61,723 nt of DNA from NCBI RefSeq assembly GCF_039654945.1, contig NW_027361825.1:2916278-2978000 (forward strand). Direction: 5' to 3'. A program made the translations under genes and the position numbers. The stretch's first letter is position 1. Every line of letters begins with the position of its first letter. Of this stretch, positions 13,216 to 28,574 are shown piece after piece. Below the pieces are notes generated by a model. The model did no database searches, was not told the DNA's origin, and saw only the letters and a program-made list of their open reading frames with translations. This DNA is from Dendrobates tinctorius (lineage: Eukaryota).

Positions 13216-13769
13216 TTAGACATTTGCTTTCCCATTGAAAATAATTGCAGATTTATTCTAAGTGTATTTAATGGGGATTTTCATGTGGATTTTAAAGCAG
13301 AATTTTCTCTAAAATCCACATAAATAAAACTGTGAATACACCCCTAGGGCATTTCTGCTGTAAAACGCCAGAAGTAAAAATGCTGAAGTGAAGTTCTCAT
13401 GTCATCACAAAAATGGTGTGGTGGATCCATTGTCCTCCGTGGCAGCTGACCATTGTCGTTTTCTAGGCGCCATTTGTACTTACTAGGCCCTGAGACATCA
13501 TGATGTCACGTGAGGACCTGACTTGACACCAACAATGGCTCGGTCCAGAAAGAGTTGGGTGAGACCTAAGAGACGAGCATGGAGCCACCATTGCCTTGCA
13601 CTACAGCAGTGTAGGGAGGAGCAGATGACAGCATATAAAGGAAGGTCTGGCGCCAGTCGTTGGAGGCTGAACGACATCTTTAATATGTGTTAATCAATGA
13701 CTGCCAACCTGTGCAGAGATATAGGCATGGTGAGATTATTTATTTACGTAGCTAGCTATTGGAGAAGTA

Positions 13770-14505
13770 GGGGACTGGAGAGGCAATGGGCTAGGAGGAA
13801 GGAGGATTGGAGGCCGGGGGACTGGAGGCAATGGGGTAGGAGGAAGGAGGATTGGAGGCCGGGGGACTGGAGGCAATGGGGTAGGAGGAAGGAGGATTGG
13901 AGGCTGGGGGACTGGAGGCAATGGGGTTGGAGGCTGGGTGACTGGATGCAATGGGTTTAGAAGCAGGTGAATTGGAGGCACGGGGACTGGAGGCAATGAG
14001 ATTGGAGGCACGGGGACTGGAGGCAATGAGATTGGAGGCACCGGGACTGGAGGCAGATTGGAGACAAAGGGATTGAAGGCAGCGGGACTGGAGGCAGTGG
14101 GAGATGGAGGCAAGGGGACTGGAAGCAAAGGGACTGGAAGCAGGGGTATATGAGGTAGGGTGCTGGAGGCAGGGAGACTGATGGCAATTCGATTGGAGGT
14201 CATGGGATTGAGGGCAGGGGGACAGCAAACGGGGACTGGAGGTAGATGGACTAGAGGCAGAATGATTGGGGGCAGGGGGACTGGAAGCAGGTGGACTGCA
14301 GGCAGAGGGATTGGAGGCAGGGGGATTGGAAGTAGTGGGACTGAAGGTAAGGGGATTGGGCGCAGGGTTACTCGATGCAGACAGAGGGGTTTGAGGCATG
14401 GGGCTGGACAGGACTAATGGCAGAGGGATTGGAAATGGGGATTGGAGGCAGAGAGACTGGATGTAGGGGGGCAAGGGCCTGGAGGAAGGGGCACTGGAGG
14501 CTAGG
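13770..14505. repeat. Degenerate purine-rich tandem repeat (GGACTGGAGGCA core)
   Basis: Repeated GGACTGGAGGCA/GGATTGGAGGC units with a 42-bp period near the start. Confidence 0.8.
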
Positions 14506-16118
14506 GGAAGTGACACAGTTCTGAGAAATAAGGATCACTTGTTGTAACTTTGTTGGCTTGTGGGGACCATCATGGAGCCCATGGTGAGCTGATCGTCCTT
14601 GACTAGCAGTATGGGGCTATTTGGCTATCGTCTACGATGGTAGCACACTGCAGTGGTGCTGAAGCTGAGCTGTGGAGTTCTGCAGGGCTGTGGACATTGT
14701 GTCAGTGGGCGAGCAGTGTGGTGCTCAGACTTATGGAGGATGATCTTAGGCTGAGACAGATCCTGGTCCCTTTGGGCAGTTGCGCACTTAGGCCTGGTTC
14801 CCTGCAGACCTGGCTGCGACTTGGTTGCCAAGTCCGGCATTTACAGTTGTGATTAGTAAGGTTGTCTTCTGATGTTCTTCTGAAGAATGAGGGAAGTGAC
14901 AACCAGCAAATCCACCCCCAGATTCAGACTACCTGTGGTCAAACCCAGGACATCTGATCCAGCATCTTCTCCTGGTCACAGTTTATTTATTTTTCTATGA
15001 CCATCTAATAATCCATAATCTCTGATAATCCGGCGCCCATCTTTCGTAAAACTTGCTGACATAAAGCAATATCTATATCTGACAGGTGTGTTTGTACTCG
15101 TCACAGCTGTTGACCCGCTGTAGGTCAGCGGGAAGTGTGTGGTTTGTGTTGTGTGCCCACGCCTAAGAGTCCTTGAATATGTTTACACACCCTTATCTCT
15201 CACACTCAGCCTTGTCCACACTGTGTATTTCACATTGGTTACTTATTACCTCATCCAAACAATGCCTCGTTCTGCCGCCATCTTGGAAGGCTTTGAGAAA
15301 ATAAAATAAAGAGGTCGCCCCGTCCTGTGAGATTTGAGGCCACGCTTTCCATGTATGGATTTTGTTATTATTCAGCCCACATAATACCGCCATGTGGTGT
15401 CCAAATAATATTGCCTCAAAGAGTTTGTATAATACCGTCATATTGCTATTACAGTACGGCCATATTCACACTTTTAGGAGCGCAAGTAATGCCGCCAAAT
15501 AATGCTGCCTCAAGAACCCTGTATAATACTGCCATTTAGATACCCTGCATTGCATCCAGTCCCCAAATAAAATGACCATAATCAGCCGAATAATACTGAG
15601 GAGTATTCCTGTGTTCCAATAACATATACTGGCATCTCACTGTCTCAGCACATAAGTAGTGTCATATTGGAGCGCTCAGCCTGGACCTCCTGCTTCATGG
15701 ATAAATGTCCGCTGAGGACTGACAATAAGGCACAGTACATACACTCTGTCCCTTAATGTGTTTAATCTCAGCCACATCATGGAGTCAGGGAAAAATCTAA
15801 GCCTTTTCTTCAGGGCCTGATCGCCATGGCAACATTTCTTAATTCCTCCGTACACGCTCTCCCCCAGTGCGCTCTACAACGGGCCTGCACAGTCTGTACA
15901 TCCTAATGATGGAGTAGATTCCATATTAATCCCATGTGATCATTCGAGGATCGAGATGATGCTGAATGCAGGAGAGGGAGGACTTGGCATCCAGCGACGT
16001 TTCAAACAATATCACAATTAGGTGTAAAGTACAGTAATTGTAGGAGATCTGTGATCGCCAGTATTCTATAGATGGGTTGCTACATGGACCAGTCGCGTGT
16101 CACACGTACGTAATCTAT

Positions 16119-16415
16119 CTAATGTGGTGCAAATGCCGCCGATCTCCTGAATCTGGCGATGGTTTCCTCTTGCTCCTGCGCCTCTCCGTTCCTGAGATAT
16201 GGCCCCCTATTCCCTGTATGTATATTTGACAGTGTTAGCCAAGTGGGCATGGTCATAACATGGCCCTCTGTGGGTGTATTCATTTGGACCACGCCCACTT
16301 GTCTTACAAGGCTAGCTTTATATGCAGGGAAGAGGCCATATCTAAGGAACGGAGAGGCGCAGGAACAAAATAAAAACATTGCCAGATTCAGGAGAACAGG
16401 GGTATTTACATCAGG
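16119..16415. mobile_element. Palindromic MITE body
   Basis: TCTCCTGAATCTGGC...GCCAGATTCAGGAGA with long complementary arms; ends degraded. Confidence 0.55.
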
Positions 16416-19400
16416 TAAAAAATAAAACAAAAACAGTTGTTTTTAAGCAAGATAAAAGAGCCAGGGGCGCCTTGTGGAAGAGCTTCATCTATTGTCCATG
16501 CACAGGCTACACAGAGCATCTGTTGTTATGGCAGGATCAGCACAGATATGTACTACTTAGACAGGCCATTGATTTCTGTAGGAAGAGTGCAATAATTAAT
16601 ATCCCCTGGGATGGCGCTGCTGCACTAGGTGGGGTGTCTGCAACCGGACACCATGTGACCAGCCTATTGTCACTGTACAATCACACATTGGTTGAAGTAG
16701 AAAAGACCCTTAAATGATTAGAGAGGAAATCAATCTTCTGCAAATTATGGTCAATGTACATTGCGGGAATTGCTGTATTAAATGACTGGCAATATGTTTG
16801 TCAGTAGATAAGTCATTTAGTACCCTGTTTTCACAGGCCGACCTTGCTTCAGATACGCATTGAACGATCAGTAAAAGATCTATTCTGATTCCAGGACTAA
16901 GCTGCAAACCATAGGGCGCTGTGAGGCACCATTTCTAGGCTGCCTCTTTTACACCGCACTCATACATAGTGATTTCCTCAAATAGCTTGAACTCGACTGT
17001 AGGAGGCACGCATGAAGTTTCCAGCTGAATTCTTGTAAATATGTACACATACAATAGGTAAAAAAGACTTTTCAGAAACAGGACTGCATACACATGAGCT
17101 TCTAAGATGGCTGATAGACAGCGAATGAGGAAGAAGAATGAGGAAGAAAAGAGGGGCTACTGACATCAGAGCTACATCACAGACAAACTTCTAAAAAGAG
17201 CAAACCTTACTGCCTGGCAACGAAATAGCACAATATAACAACACAATGATAATACAATGTTAAGGGGAAAATATATGGCATATGAATATATACAAGAATC
17301 AAAACTGTACCACTATATAGACGCTTTGCTGAGTATTGGGATCATGTTGCTTTAAGATACTTCAGATTTTCTGAGAATTGTTTCTGTATTGTATAACCCA
17401 CCTAGGCTTCATGCAATACTGGGTGGACTGGGTGGATCGGGCTAGAAGACGATAATTATGTACATAATGATTATGTAGCGATATGGGAACATATGAGATC
17501 ATATGAGATCAATACTAATTTGCTATTTGGGGTAAACAGTAATTTGGAAATGCACCCATGATGTAACACAATGAGATAGCGCAATTTCTGTTATAAAAAC
17601 TGTACACCTTGGATTAAAGATAGAGAAGAATCATATTGACATGATACACCTTGTCTTGTGTATTCTTTTCTCCGTGCACGTAAAATCTCTGCTAGAGATC
17701 CAATTCGGCCACAGGCAATTAAGACGGGCCACACCCTAGTGTGGCAGAATCCATAGAAATCAACAACAAGACTGTATGTATGATTCCCAAATAATGGGAT
17801 ATGGCAAGATTGTTTGGTGTGCAAAGGATGCCATTGTTCCCTACAGAACGATGTGCGGCCCAAAAGATTACTTCACCCTTACGGAGGAGCGTTTGTGGCT
17901 TGTTTACAATGCACAATTACCAAGAAATGATCATTTTAGGAATGGTACAATGTAAATGCCGTGCAGTGCCGAGCTCACTGATACCAGCGCAGTCCTATCA
18001 TAGCAGCCACCGGGGTAACAAGTCCGTCCATGAAAATTCTTCCTCCTAAATCTAGATTTAGAATGGGATGTGTCGAATGCTCCTTTAGGTGTAATGCGGA
18101 GGGTTCACATACTTTTGTTCATATAGTATATGTCACATGTACACATAGCGGTGATCATTATGCCCCCCAACCTTCCTGGATTCTGCAGGACCAACCTAGA
18201 TTTTTGGAGCTGTCCTGCCTTCCTGGGAGTCGGGGTAGTTGAATACAATGGTGGAGACGTCAGATCCCTACACTTCAGTCTCTACAAATGATCCAGTACA
18301 AAGAGCTGGGTCTCATCTAGGAATGATGATGATGGTCGATAAAAATTGAAAGTTTGGCGTCTGTATCTGGGAAGCAAGATAATGAAGAAAGATCAAATGC
18401 CAGAGAAAGATATAATAAAAAAAAGCGTTTTTCTTTTTCTACGCATTTCAAAGTTTAACAAACTTGTTCCTCAGGAAACAAAAACCACACCACCAGTGAT
18501 GGTGGTCAGCAGATGAAACCCCTCTTGACAAATTTTTTGTCATTGGCTGGTTGCAGGTGGGTGGGTTCTCGATTGTGGTGATTTTATCTTAAATGTGCGG
18601 GGAAATATTTGATAGGGATTTGTTTAGCAGCCAGAAGAGCTGTCTTTTTTGGTGGAGCCAAATGGCTAACATCAGCAAATAGAGCCAGACTGACTGCCCA
18701 TCACTAGCAAGAACTTCCGAGTCATGTGGCTGGGCAGTAGAGACTGCCAGTTGCAGACTAGCAGGTGTCCTGGGCGCAGTGACCGACTGCTCGATGGTCC
18801 AATCTAGAGCAGGGGCATGCTGAACTGTCGTCATTTTGATTGACTGGGAAGTGCTGAGCTTCCTTCAGGTGTCCCCTGTTCTTAGTGATTTCCCAGGTAC
18901 TTAGCTAAGCTCTCAGTCCCACATCTCTGCCTGAAGTAATATTTGCTCGGTGGTGCGTGTTTGCCTTGTAGTATTCTTGTGCTTTGTTTGTTTATTTATT
19001 GCTGCCTGTCCTTGGACCTTGTTCTGACCATCCGTTTACCTTGCCCCTTTGCTCTGATTCGCTATCTTCCTGGTATTCTGACCTCGGACCGTGACCTAAT
19101 GTCACCTTTGTGTTTACCCTTTAGTTTACAACAAGCTTTCTTGTTATGTGACCCTGGAACGTTTGACTACCCTGCCTCATGGGCTTGTTCATGAGTAGTG
19201 ACTATAGTCACAACACTGATGTGAAAGAACGAAAATGTAAACGGGGCCTAAGATTCTGCATGTGGGCGGCTGTGGGGCATTATACCTTGTGGGTGGCATC
19301 ATACTGTGTGTCACTGAGGGAGCCTCATGTGTGAGGTGGGAGTTGAGAGCATCATACTGTGTGCGGGGCACAGTGCATATATCATACTGTGTGTGGAAAT

Positions 19401-19620
19401 TGTGGGTGCATCATACTGTATATAGAGAGCTGTGGAGGCATCATACTGTGTGTGGGGCATCATAATTTATATAGGGAACTGTGGAGACATCATATTGTGT
19501 GTCACTGCGCTTGAGGGAACTGTAGGGGTATTATACTGTATATTGGGAGATGTGGGGATATACTACTGTATGTGTGTGGGAACTGTGGGGGCATCACACC
19601 GTATATAGGGAGCTGTTTAG

Positions 19621-20895
19621 CCCCTTCCTTACCGATGATGGAATAGTATGTCATCGGTAAGGATCCCCTGCTTTGAGGTGGGCTCCGGTGCTGAGCCCAC
19701 CTCAAAGCTGCGCCATGTCAGCTGTTATGAACAGCTGACATGTGCCCGCAATAGGCGCGAGCGGAATCGCCATCCACTCGAGCCAATTAACTAGTTAAAT
19801 CCCGCTGTCAAAGCTGACAGCAGGCATTTAAATTGCACTTCCGGCTGCCGGGCCGGAAATGAGCTCATCGCCGACCCCTGTCAGGTGATCAGGGGTCGAG
19901 GTCACGTTGCCTGGACAACCACAGGTCTCGTAGAGACCTCCATGGTTGTTCCAGGCAGATGGCTTTGAGCGCCGCCCGATGGTCGGCGCTCAAAGCACAG
20001 CAATAAAACTGCTAAATATGGGCGATCTGCTCATCGCCCATATGTAGCAGAGCCGATCGGGTTGTGCATGCTTCTAGCCCCCTAGGGAGGCTATTGAAGC
20101 ATGCCAAAGGTAAAAAAAAGTTTAAAAATAAAAAATAAATGAAAAAAGCCTAAAAGTTCAAATCACCCCCCTTTCGCCCCAATCAAAATAAAACAATAAA
20201 AAAAAAAATCCCACATACACATATTAGGTATCGCCGCATTCAGAATCGCCCGATCTATCAATTTAAAAAAAAGCATTAACCCAATCGCTAAATGGCGTAG
20301 TGAGAAAAAAAATTCAAAACGCCAGAATTACGTTTTTTTGGTCGCCACGACATTGCATTAAAGTGCAATAACGGGCGATCAAAAGAATGTATTTGCACAA
20401 AGGTGGTATCATTGAAAACGTCAGCCCGGCACGCAAAAAATAAGCCCTCACCCGACCACAGATCATGAAAAATGGAGACGCTACGGGTCTCAGAAAATTG
20501 CGCAATTTTTTTTTTTAGCAAATTTTGGAATTTTTTTTCACCACTTAGAGAAAAGACAACATAGACATGTTTGGTGTCTATGAACTCATAATGACCTGTA
20601 GAATCATAGTGGCACATTAGATTTAGCATCTAGTGAACCTAGCAAAAAAGCCATCAAAAAACAAGTATGGGATTGCACTTTTTTTTGCAATTTCACCGCA
20701 CTTGGAATTTTTTTTCCGTTTTCGAGTACATGACATGGTAAAACCAATGATGTCGTTTAAAAGTACAACTCGTCCCGCAACAAATAAGCCCTCACATGGC
20801 CATATTGACAGAAAATTAAAAAAGTTATGGCTCTGGGAAGGAGGGGAGCGAAAAACGAAAACGAAAGATCGAAAAAAGCTCCAGGAGTGAAGGGG
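19621..20895. mobile_element. piggyBac-type non-autonomous element with TTAG target duplication
   Basis: TTAG|CCCCTTC...GAAGGGG|TTAG; removing it restores a satellite unit. Confidence 0.7.
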
Positions 20896-20974
20896 TTAGA
20901 CATAATACTGTGTGGGCATATCATACTCTATATTGTAGCTGTGGGGGAACCGTGGGATCATCAAACTGTATATA

Positions 20975-22495
<1,521 letters not shown>

Positions 22496-25400
22496 TATGA
22501 AGTGTCATACTGTTTGTATGGCAGACTATGGGGGCATCATATTGTAGATAGGGCGTAACATACCGTGTGTATGGCAGGCTATGGGGCATCACACTGTGTA
22601 TAGGGAGCTGTAGAGACATACTGTACATAGGAAACTGTTGAGGCATCATACTGTGTGTGGCAAATTATGGTGGCATCATACTGTATAGAGGGAGCTGTAG
22701 CGGCATCCTGCATATAGGGAGCTGTTGCGGCATCATACTGTAGAGAGGGAGCTGTGGGGGCATCATACTGTGTGTATGGCAGACTATGGGGCATCATATT
22801 CTGTATTCTGTGTGTAGCAGACTATGGGGCATCATATTGTATAGGGGGAGCTGTGGGAGCACCATGCTGTGTGTGTAGTAGACTATGGTGACATCATACT
22901 GTTTAGAGAGAGCTGTTATGGCATCATACTGTATAGAGTGAGCTGTGGGGGCATCATACTGTGTGTGTGGCAGACTATGGAGCATGATACTATATAGAGG
23001 GAGCTGTGAGGGCATCATACTGTGTGTGGCAGACTATGGTGGCATCATACTGTATAGAGGGAGCTGTAAGGGCATCATACTGTGTGTGGCAGACTATGGT
23101 GACATCATACTGTATAGAGTGAGCTGTGGGGGCATCATACTGTGTGTGGCAGACTATGGTGACATCATACTGTATAGAGTGAGCTGCGGGGGCATCATAC
23201 TGTGTGTGGCAGACTATGGTGGCATCATACTATATAGAGGGAGCTGTAAGGGCATCATACTGCTTATAGGGAGCTTTTGGGGGATCATATTGTATAGGGG
23301 GAGCTGTGGGAGCACCATGCTGTGTGTGTAGTAGACTATGGTGACATCATACTGTTTAGAGAGAGCTGTTATGGCATCATACTGTATAGAGTGAGCTGTG
23401 GGGGCATCATACTGTGTGTGTGGCAGACTATGGAGCATGATACTATATAGAGGGAGCTGTGAGGGCATCATACTGTGTGTGGCAGACTATGGTGGCATCA
23501 TGCTGTATAGAGGGAGCTGTAAGGGCATCATACTGTGTGTGGCAGACTATGGTGACATCATACTGTATAGAGTGAGCTGTGGGGGCATCATACTGTGTGA
23601 GGCAGACTATGGTGACATCATACTGTATAGAGTGAGCTGCGGGGGCATCATACTGTGTGTGGCAGACTATGGTGGCATCATACTATATAGAGGGAGCTGT
23701 AAGGGCATCATACTGCTTATAGGGAGCTTTTGGGGGATCATACTCTATAGAGGGAGCTGTTGGGACATTATACTGTGTGTGTCAGATTGTGGGGGCATCA
23801 TACTGTATAGAAGGAGCTGCGAGGGCATCATACTGTGTGTGGCAGACTATGGTGACATCATACTGTATAGAGTGAGCTGTGGGGGCATCATACTGTGTGT
23901 GGCAGACTATGGTGGCATCATACTGTATAGAGTGAGCTGTGGGGGCGTCATACTGTGTGTGGCAGACTATAGTGACATCATACTGTATAGAGTGAGCTGT
24001 GGGGGCATCATACTGTGTGTGTGGCAGACTATGGAGCATGATACTATATAGAGGGAGCTATGAGGGCATCATACTGTGTGTGGCAGACTATGGTGGCATC
24101 ATACTGTATAGAGGGAGCTGTAAGGGCATCATACTGTGTGTGGCAGACTATGGTGACATCATACTGTATAGAGTGAGCTGTGGGGGCATCATACTGTGTG
24201 TGGCAGACTATGGTGACATCATACTGTATAGAGTGAGCTGTGGGGGCATCATACTGTGTGTGGCAGACTATGGTGGCATCATACTGTATAGAGGGAGCTG
24301 TAAGGGCATCATACTGCTTATAGGGAGCTTTTGGGGGATCATACTCTATAGAGGGAGCTGTTGGGACATTATACTGTGTGTGTGTCAGATTGTGGGGGCA
24401 TCATACTTTATAGAAGGAGCTGCGAGGGCATCATACTGTGTGTGGCAGACTATGGTGACATCATACTGTATAGAGTGAGCTGTGGGGGCGTCATACTGTG
24501 TGTGGCAGACTATGGTGACATCATACTGTATAGAGTGAGCTGTGGGGGCATCACTGTGTGTGGCAGACTATGGTGGCATCATACTGTATAGAGGGAGCTG
24601 TAAGGGCATCATACTGCTTATAGGGAGCATTTGGGGGATCATACTCTATAGAGGGAGCTGTTGGGACATTATACTGTGTGTGTGTCAGATTGTGGGGGCA
24701 TCATACTGTATAGAAGGAGCTGCGAGGGCATCATACTGTGTGTGGCAGACTATGGTGACATCATACTGTATAGAGTGAGCTGTGGGGGCGTCATACTGTG
24801 TGTGGCAGACTATGGTGACATCATACTGTATAGAGTGAGCTGTGGGGCGTCATACTGTGTGTGGCAGACTATGGTGACATCATACTGTATAGAGTGAGCT
24901 GTGGGGGCGTCATACTGTGTGTGGCAGACTATGGTGACATCATACTGTATAGAGTGAGCTGTGGGGGCGTCATACTGTGTGTGGCAGACTATGGTCACAT
25001 CATACTGTATAGAGTGAGCTGTGGGGGCGTCATACTGTGTGTGGCAGACTATGGTGACATCATACTGTATAGAGTGAGCTGTGGGGCGTCATACTGTGTG
25101 TGGCAGACTATGGTGACATCATACTGTATAGAGTGAGCTGTGGGGGCGTCATACTGTGTGTGGCAGACTATGGTGACATCATACTGTATAGAGTGAGCTG
25201 TGGGGGCGTCATACTGTGTGTGTGGCAGACTATGGTGGCATCATACTGTATAGAATGAGCTGTGGGGGCGTCATACTGTGTGTGGCAGACTATGGTGACA
25301 TCATACTGTATAGAGTGAGCTGTGGGGACGTCATACTGTGTGTGGCAGACTATGGTGACATCATACTGTATAGAGTGAGCTGTGGGGGCGTCATACTGTG

Positions 25401-26290
25401 TGTGGCAGACTATGGTGACATCATACTGTATAGAGTGAGCTGTTGAGGCATCATACTGTGTGTGTTGCAGACTATGGTGACATCATACTGTATAGAGTGA
25501 GCTGTGGGGGCGTCATACTGTGTGTGTTGCAGACTATGTTGACATCATACTGTATAGAGTGAGCTGTTGAGGCATCATACTGTGTGTGGCAAGACTATGG
25601 TGACATCATACTGTATAGAGTGAGCTGTGGGGGCATCATACTGTGTGTGGCAGACTATGGTGGCATCATACTGTATAGAGTGAGCTGTGGGGGCATCATA
25701 CTGTGTGTGGCAGACTATGGTGACATCATACTGTATAGAGTGAGCTGTGGGAGCGTCATACTGTGTGTGTTGCAGACTATGGTGGCATCATCGTGTATAT
25801 AGGGAGTTTTGGAGTATCATACTATATAAAGGGAGCTGTTGGGACATCATACTGTGTGTGGCATGCTTGAGGACATTACACTGTGTGGATGGAGTGTGGC
25901 GGCCATGAAAGGGGTATCACACTGTGTGGGAATTCTAATGGACTATGAGCCCACTATCACTAGTTGATTATTTCTGTGTGGAGCATCCAATGAACTGAGA
26001 GAGATTAGGGAACAGACTGTAAAATAAACGTTTCCACACTCAGCAGTTTGCGTCCGTCTTTCTTTCCAAGTTGTGAGCTATGGTGATCTTATATGACGTG
26101 TACACACAGTTATCAGGGAACAGCATTGCAACCATTCACACACATATTACCCCACAGCTTTACTATCAGTGGGATTTGCCCAATGCCCTGATATCTGCGG
26201 TCCTCCCCCAACTCTACACTAAAGGGAACGGTTTCTATGGCTTGGTTACTAAGGAAGCCATCTTGGCACTGTGGCAGATGGAGAGCGTCA

Positions 26291-26324
26291 GCCGGAAGTG
26301 ACGAAGCTGTATAGGGGGCGTGGC
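26291..26324 (+). promoter_or_regulatory. Candidate PPT2 promoter motifs (ETS/CRE half-site composite plus KLF/Sp box)
   Basis: GCCGGAAGTGACG and GGGGGCGTGGC about 2.3 kb upstream of the ATG; a downstream donor CAG|GTAAGT at 27224/27225. Could instead belong to an LTR-like repeat. Confidence 0.3.
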
Positions 26325-26364
26325 TTACTAGGAGCATCTGCTGACTGCAGGCAGTGTAAACAAG

Positions 26365-26805
26365 GGAGGGAGAGAGACTGCAGTGCACAGAGAGACAGTG
26401 ACCAGAGGGAGGAGGAGAAGAGAGACTGTGACCAGAGAGAGCAGGAGAGAGACTGCACGGAGAGACAGTGACTAGAGAGAGCAGAAGACTGCACAGAGAG
26501 ACAGTGACCAGAGAGAGGAGGAGAGAGACTGTGACCAGAGAGAGCAGGAGAGAGACTGCACGGAGAGACAGTGACTAGAGAGAGCAGAAGACTGCACAGA
26601 GAGACAGTGACCAGAGAGAGGAGGAGAGAGACTGTGACCAGAGATAGCAGGAGAGAGACTGCACATAGAGACAGTGACAAGAGAGAACAGGAGAGACTGC
26701 ACAGAAAGAGCAGTGGAGAGACACTGACCAGAGAGAGCAGGAGAGAGAGACTGCACAGAGACAGATAGTCACCTGGGAGAGGGAGACTGCACATAGAGAA
26801 CACAG
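26365..26805. repeat. GA-rich minisatellite
   Basis: GAGAGACTGCACAGAGAGACAGTGACCAGAGAGAG-type units. Confidence 0.75.
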
Positions 26806-27639
26806 AGGGGACAGTCTCCCTAGAGCGATTGCAGGGACTAAGTGAATGCTCTACTGGAGAGATACATCCTATATGGTGACCTCCTCACAGAGGTTAGAGA
26901 AGAGACTGGTGGGAATGTATGCAATGGTGATAGAATAGGACAAGGAGCTAAGAGAGCACTGTGCTGGAGAGGCATCCTATAACGGGACTGCATGGTGACA
27001 GCCACAAGACTGTCGGTGTGAGGCTGCGGAGAGAGAGGTAGTATACCCTGTGTGTGAATGCCCTGGGTACTCCTGTAGAGAGGCATACGGGGTGAAGAGT
27101 GCTCCTATACCTGAGACCACGAGGCAAGAGACCGTCACATAACCTGAGACTACAGGTAGGGACAGTGCTCAGCTAGAGAGACCCTCCATACTTGACTCCA
27201 GGGTGACAGATCAGAGGCCCTCAGGTAAGTGGGAAGCCTCTATGCAGCAGTCAGGTGCCTGGATACCTCAATGAGACGTCCAGAGAGAAGAAATTAGAGC
27301 GAGAGAGCACACACGTCCCAGGAGGAGAATGCGATGCCAGAGAGTAAGATGAGAGCGCTCGCCTTGTCTGTCCATCTATCACTTCCATTTATTCTTCCTC
27401 TCTGATGATTTGGGGGCATGAGCTGTAGTGTAGGATTTATCAGATGATCAATGGGAAGATTAGATTTGTTTCTGAAAGGATGTAGAGGTCAGAAAGCGCG
27501 GGGTTAACTCCTTATGGTCCTGTTCAGAACTTATACAGTCACATGCCAAAGTCCTAATATGTATCAGTCTGTACGTTTCTGGGCAGTGAGGTTTATAGGG
27601 CACGTGAAGTCGTATGGTGACCACCTATACCCGGGTCGG

Positions 27640-28060
27640 GGCCTCTGCCTGGTGCTGTACCTGTGGGTTTAGTTTGGCCTGGAGCCTCATGCTGTGTCTG
27701 TGGTTGTGGTGGCCCAATGCCTCGGTGACTCTGCCTAGTGCTGTGTCTGTGGGGTTGGTGTGGCCTGGAGCCTCTGGGGCTCTGCCTGGTGCTGTATATG
27801 TGGGTTTAGTTTGGCCTGGAGCCTCTGGGGCTCTGCCTGGTGCTGTATCTGTGGGCTTGGTTTTGCTTGGAGCTACAGGGGTTCGGCCTGGTGCTGTGTC
27901 TGTGGTTGGGGTGGCCCAATGCCTCGGTGACTCTGCCTGGTGCTGTGTCTGTGGGGTTGGTGTGGCCTGGAGCCTCTGGGGCTCTGCCTGGTGCTGTATC
28001 TGTGGGGTTAGTTTGGCCCGGAGCCTTGGGCTCTGCTTACTGCTGCGTCTGTGCGGTTGG
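27640..28060. repeat. ~53-bp minisatellite
   Basis: TGCCTGGTGCTGTATCTGTGGG...TGGCCTGGAGCCTCTGGGGCTC units. Confidence 0.75.
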
Positions 28061-28574
28061 TGTGACCTGGAGCCGCTGCCACTAGTGACACCTAATGGGT
28101 TAATACAGTGGAATTAAAAAGTAGAGAGATGAATGGTTAATGGGTTGATACGGAAACAGGTAAGTAGTTGACTGTATTAGCGCAGCCCCTATATTATTTA
28201 GCAAGTAATTGGTTAATAATGGAGAATTTGGGTTTGGTAGATGGTGGCAGGTTGTGTCTGCAGCTGATGAAGGGTTAACATGAGGGGGGTATGGTCACTT
28301 CAAGCTGATGAAATTAGATATAGCCTGAGGCTGCCAGGAAAACACAGTGAGAAGTGAGAGTGCCCCCCTGTGTGCAGATGTGAGTGCTGCGCTTACTGGG
28401 AGACTGGCAGGTGGTGTAGGGAAGTTATTCCTCACATTGCTACCAGATGCCTGGAGGCCGGTGTCAGCAACGAATGACTAATGGTGCCAGCTGTATGTAT
28501 GTGAGCGCTGCCGGGTCGCGGTCAGTCCTGTCGGCTCATTGGATCATGTCTCTTGTTTATAGGTAACTTTAAAC

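Noticed and set aside
13736-14516. Pro/Ser-rich ORFs of 155 and 241 aa
   Set aside because: Low-complexity tandem repeat with no gene context.
22945-25802. Long repetitive ORFs (GIILCVADYG...)
   Set aside because: Translations of satellite DNA with frequent frame-breaking indels.
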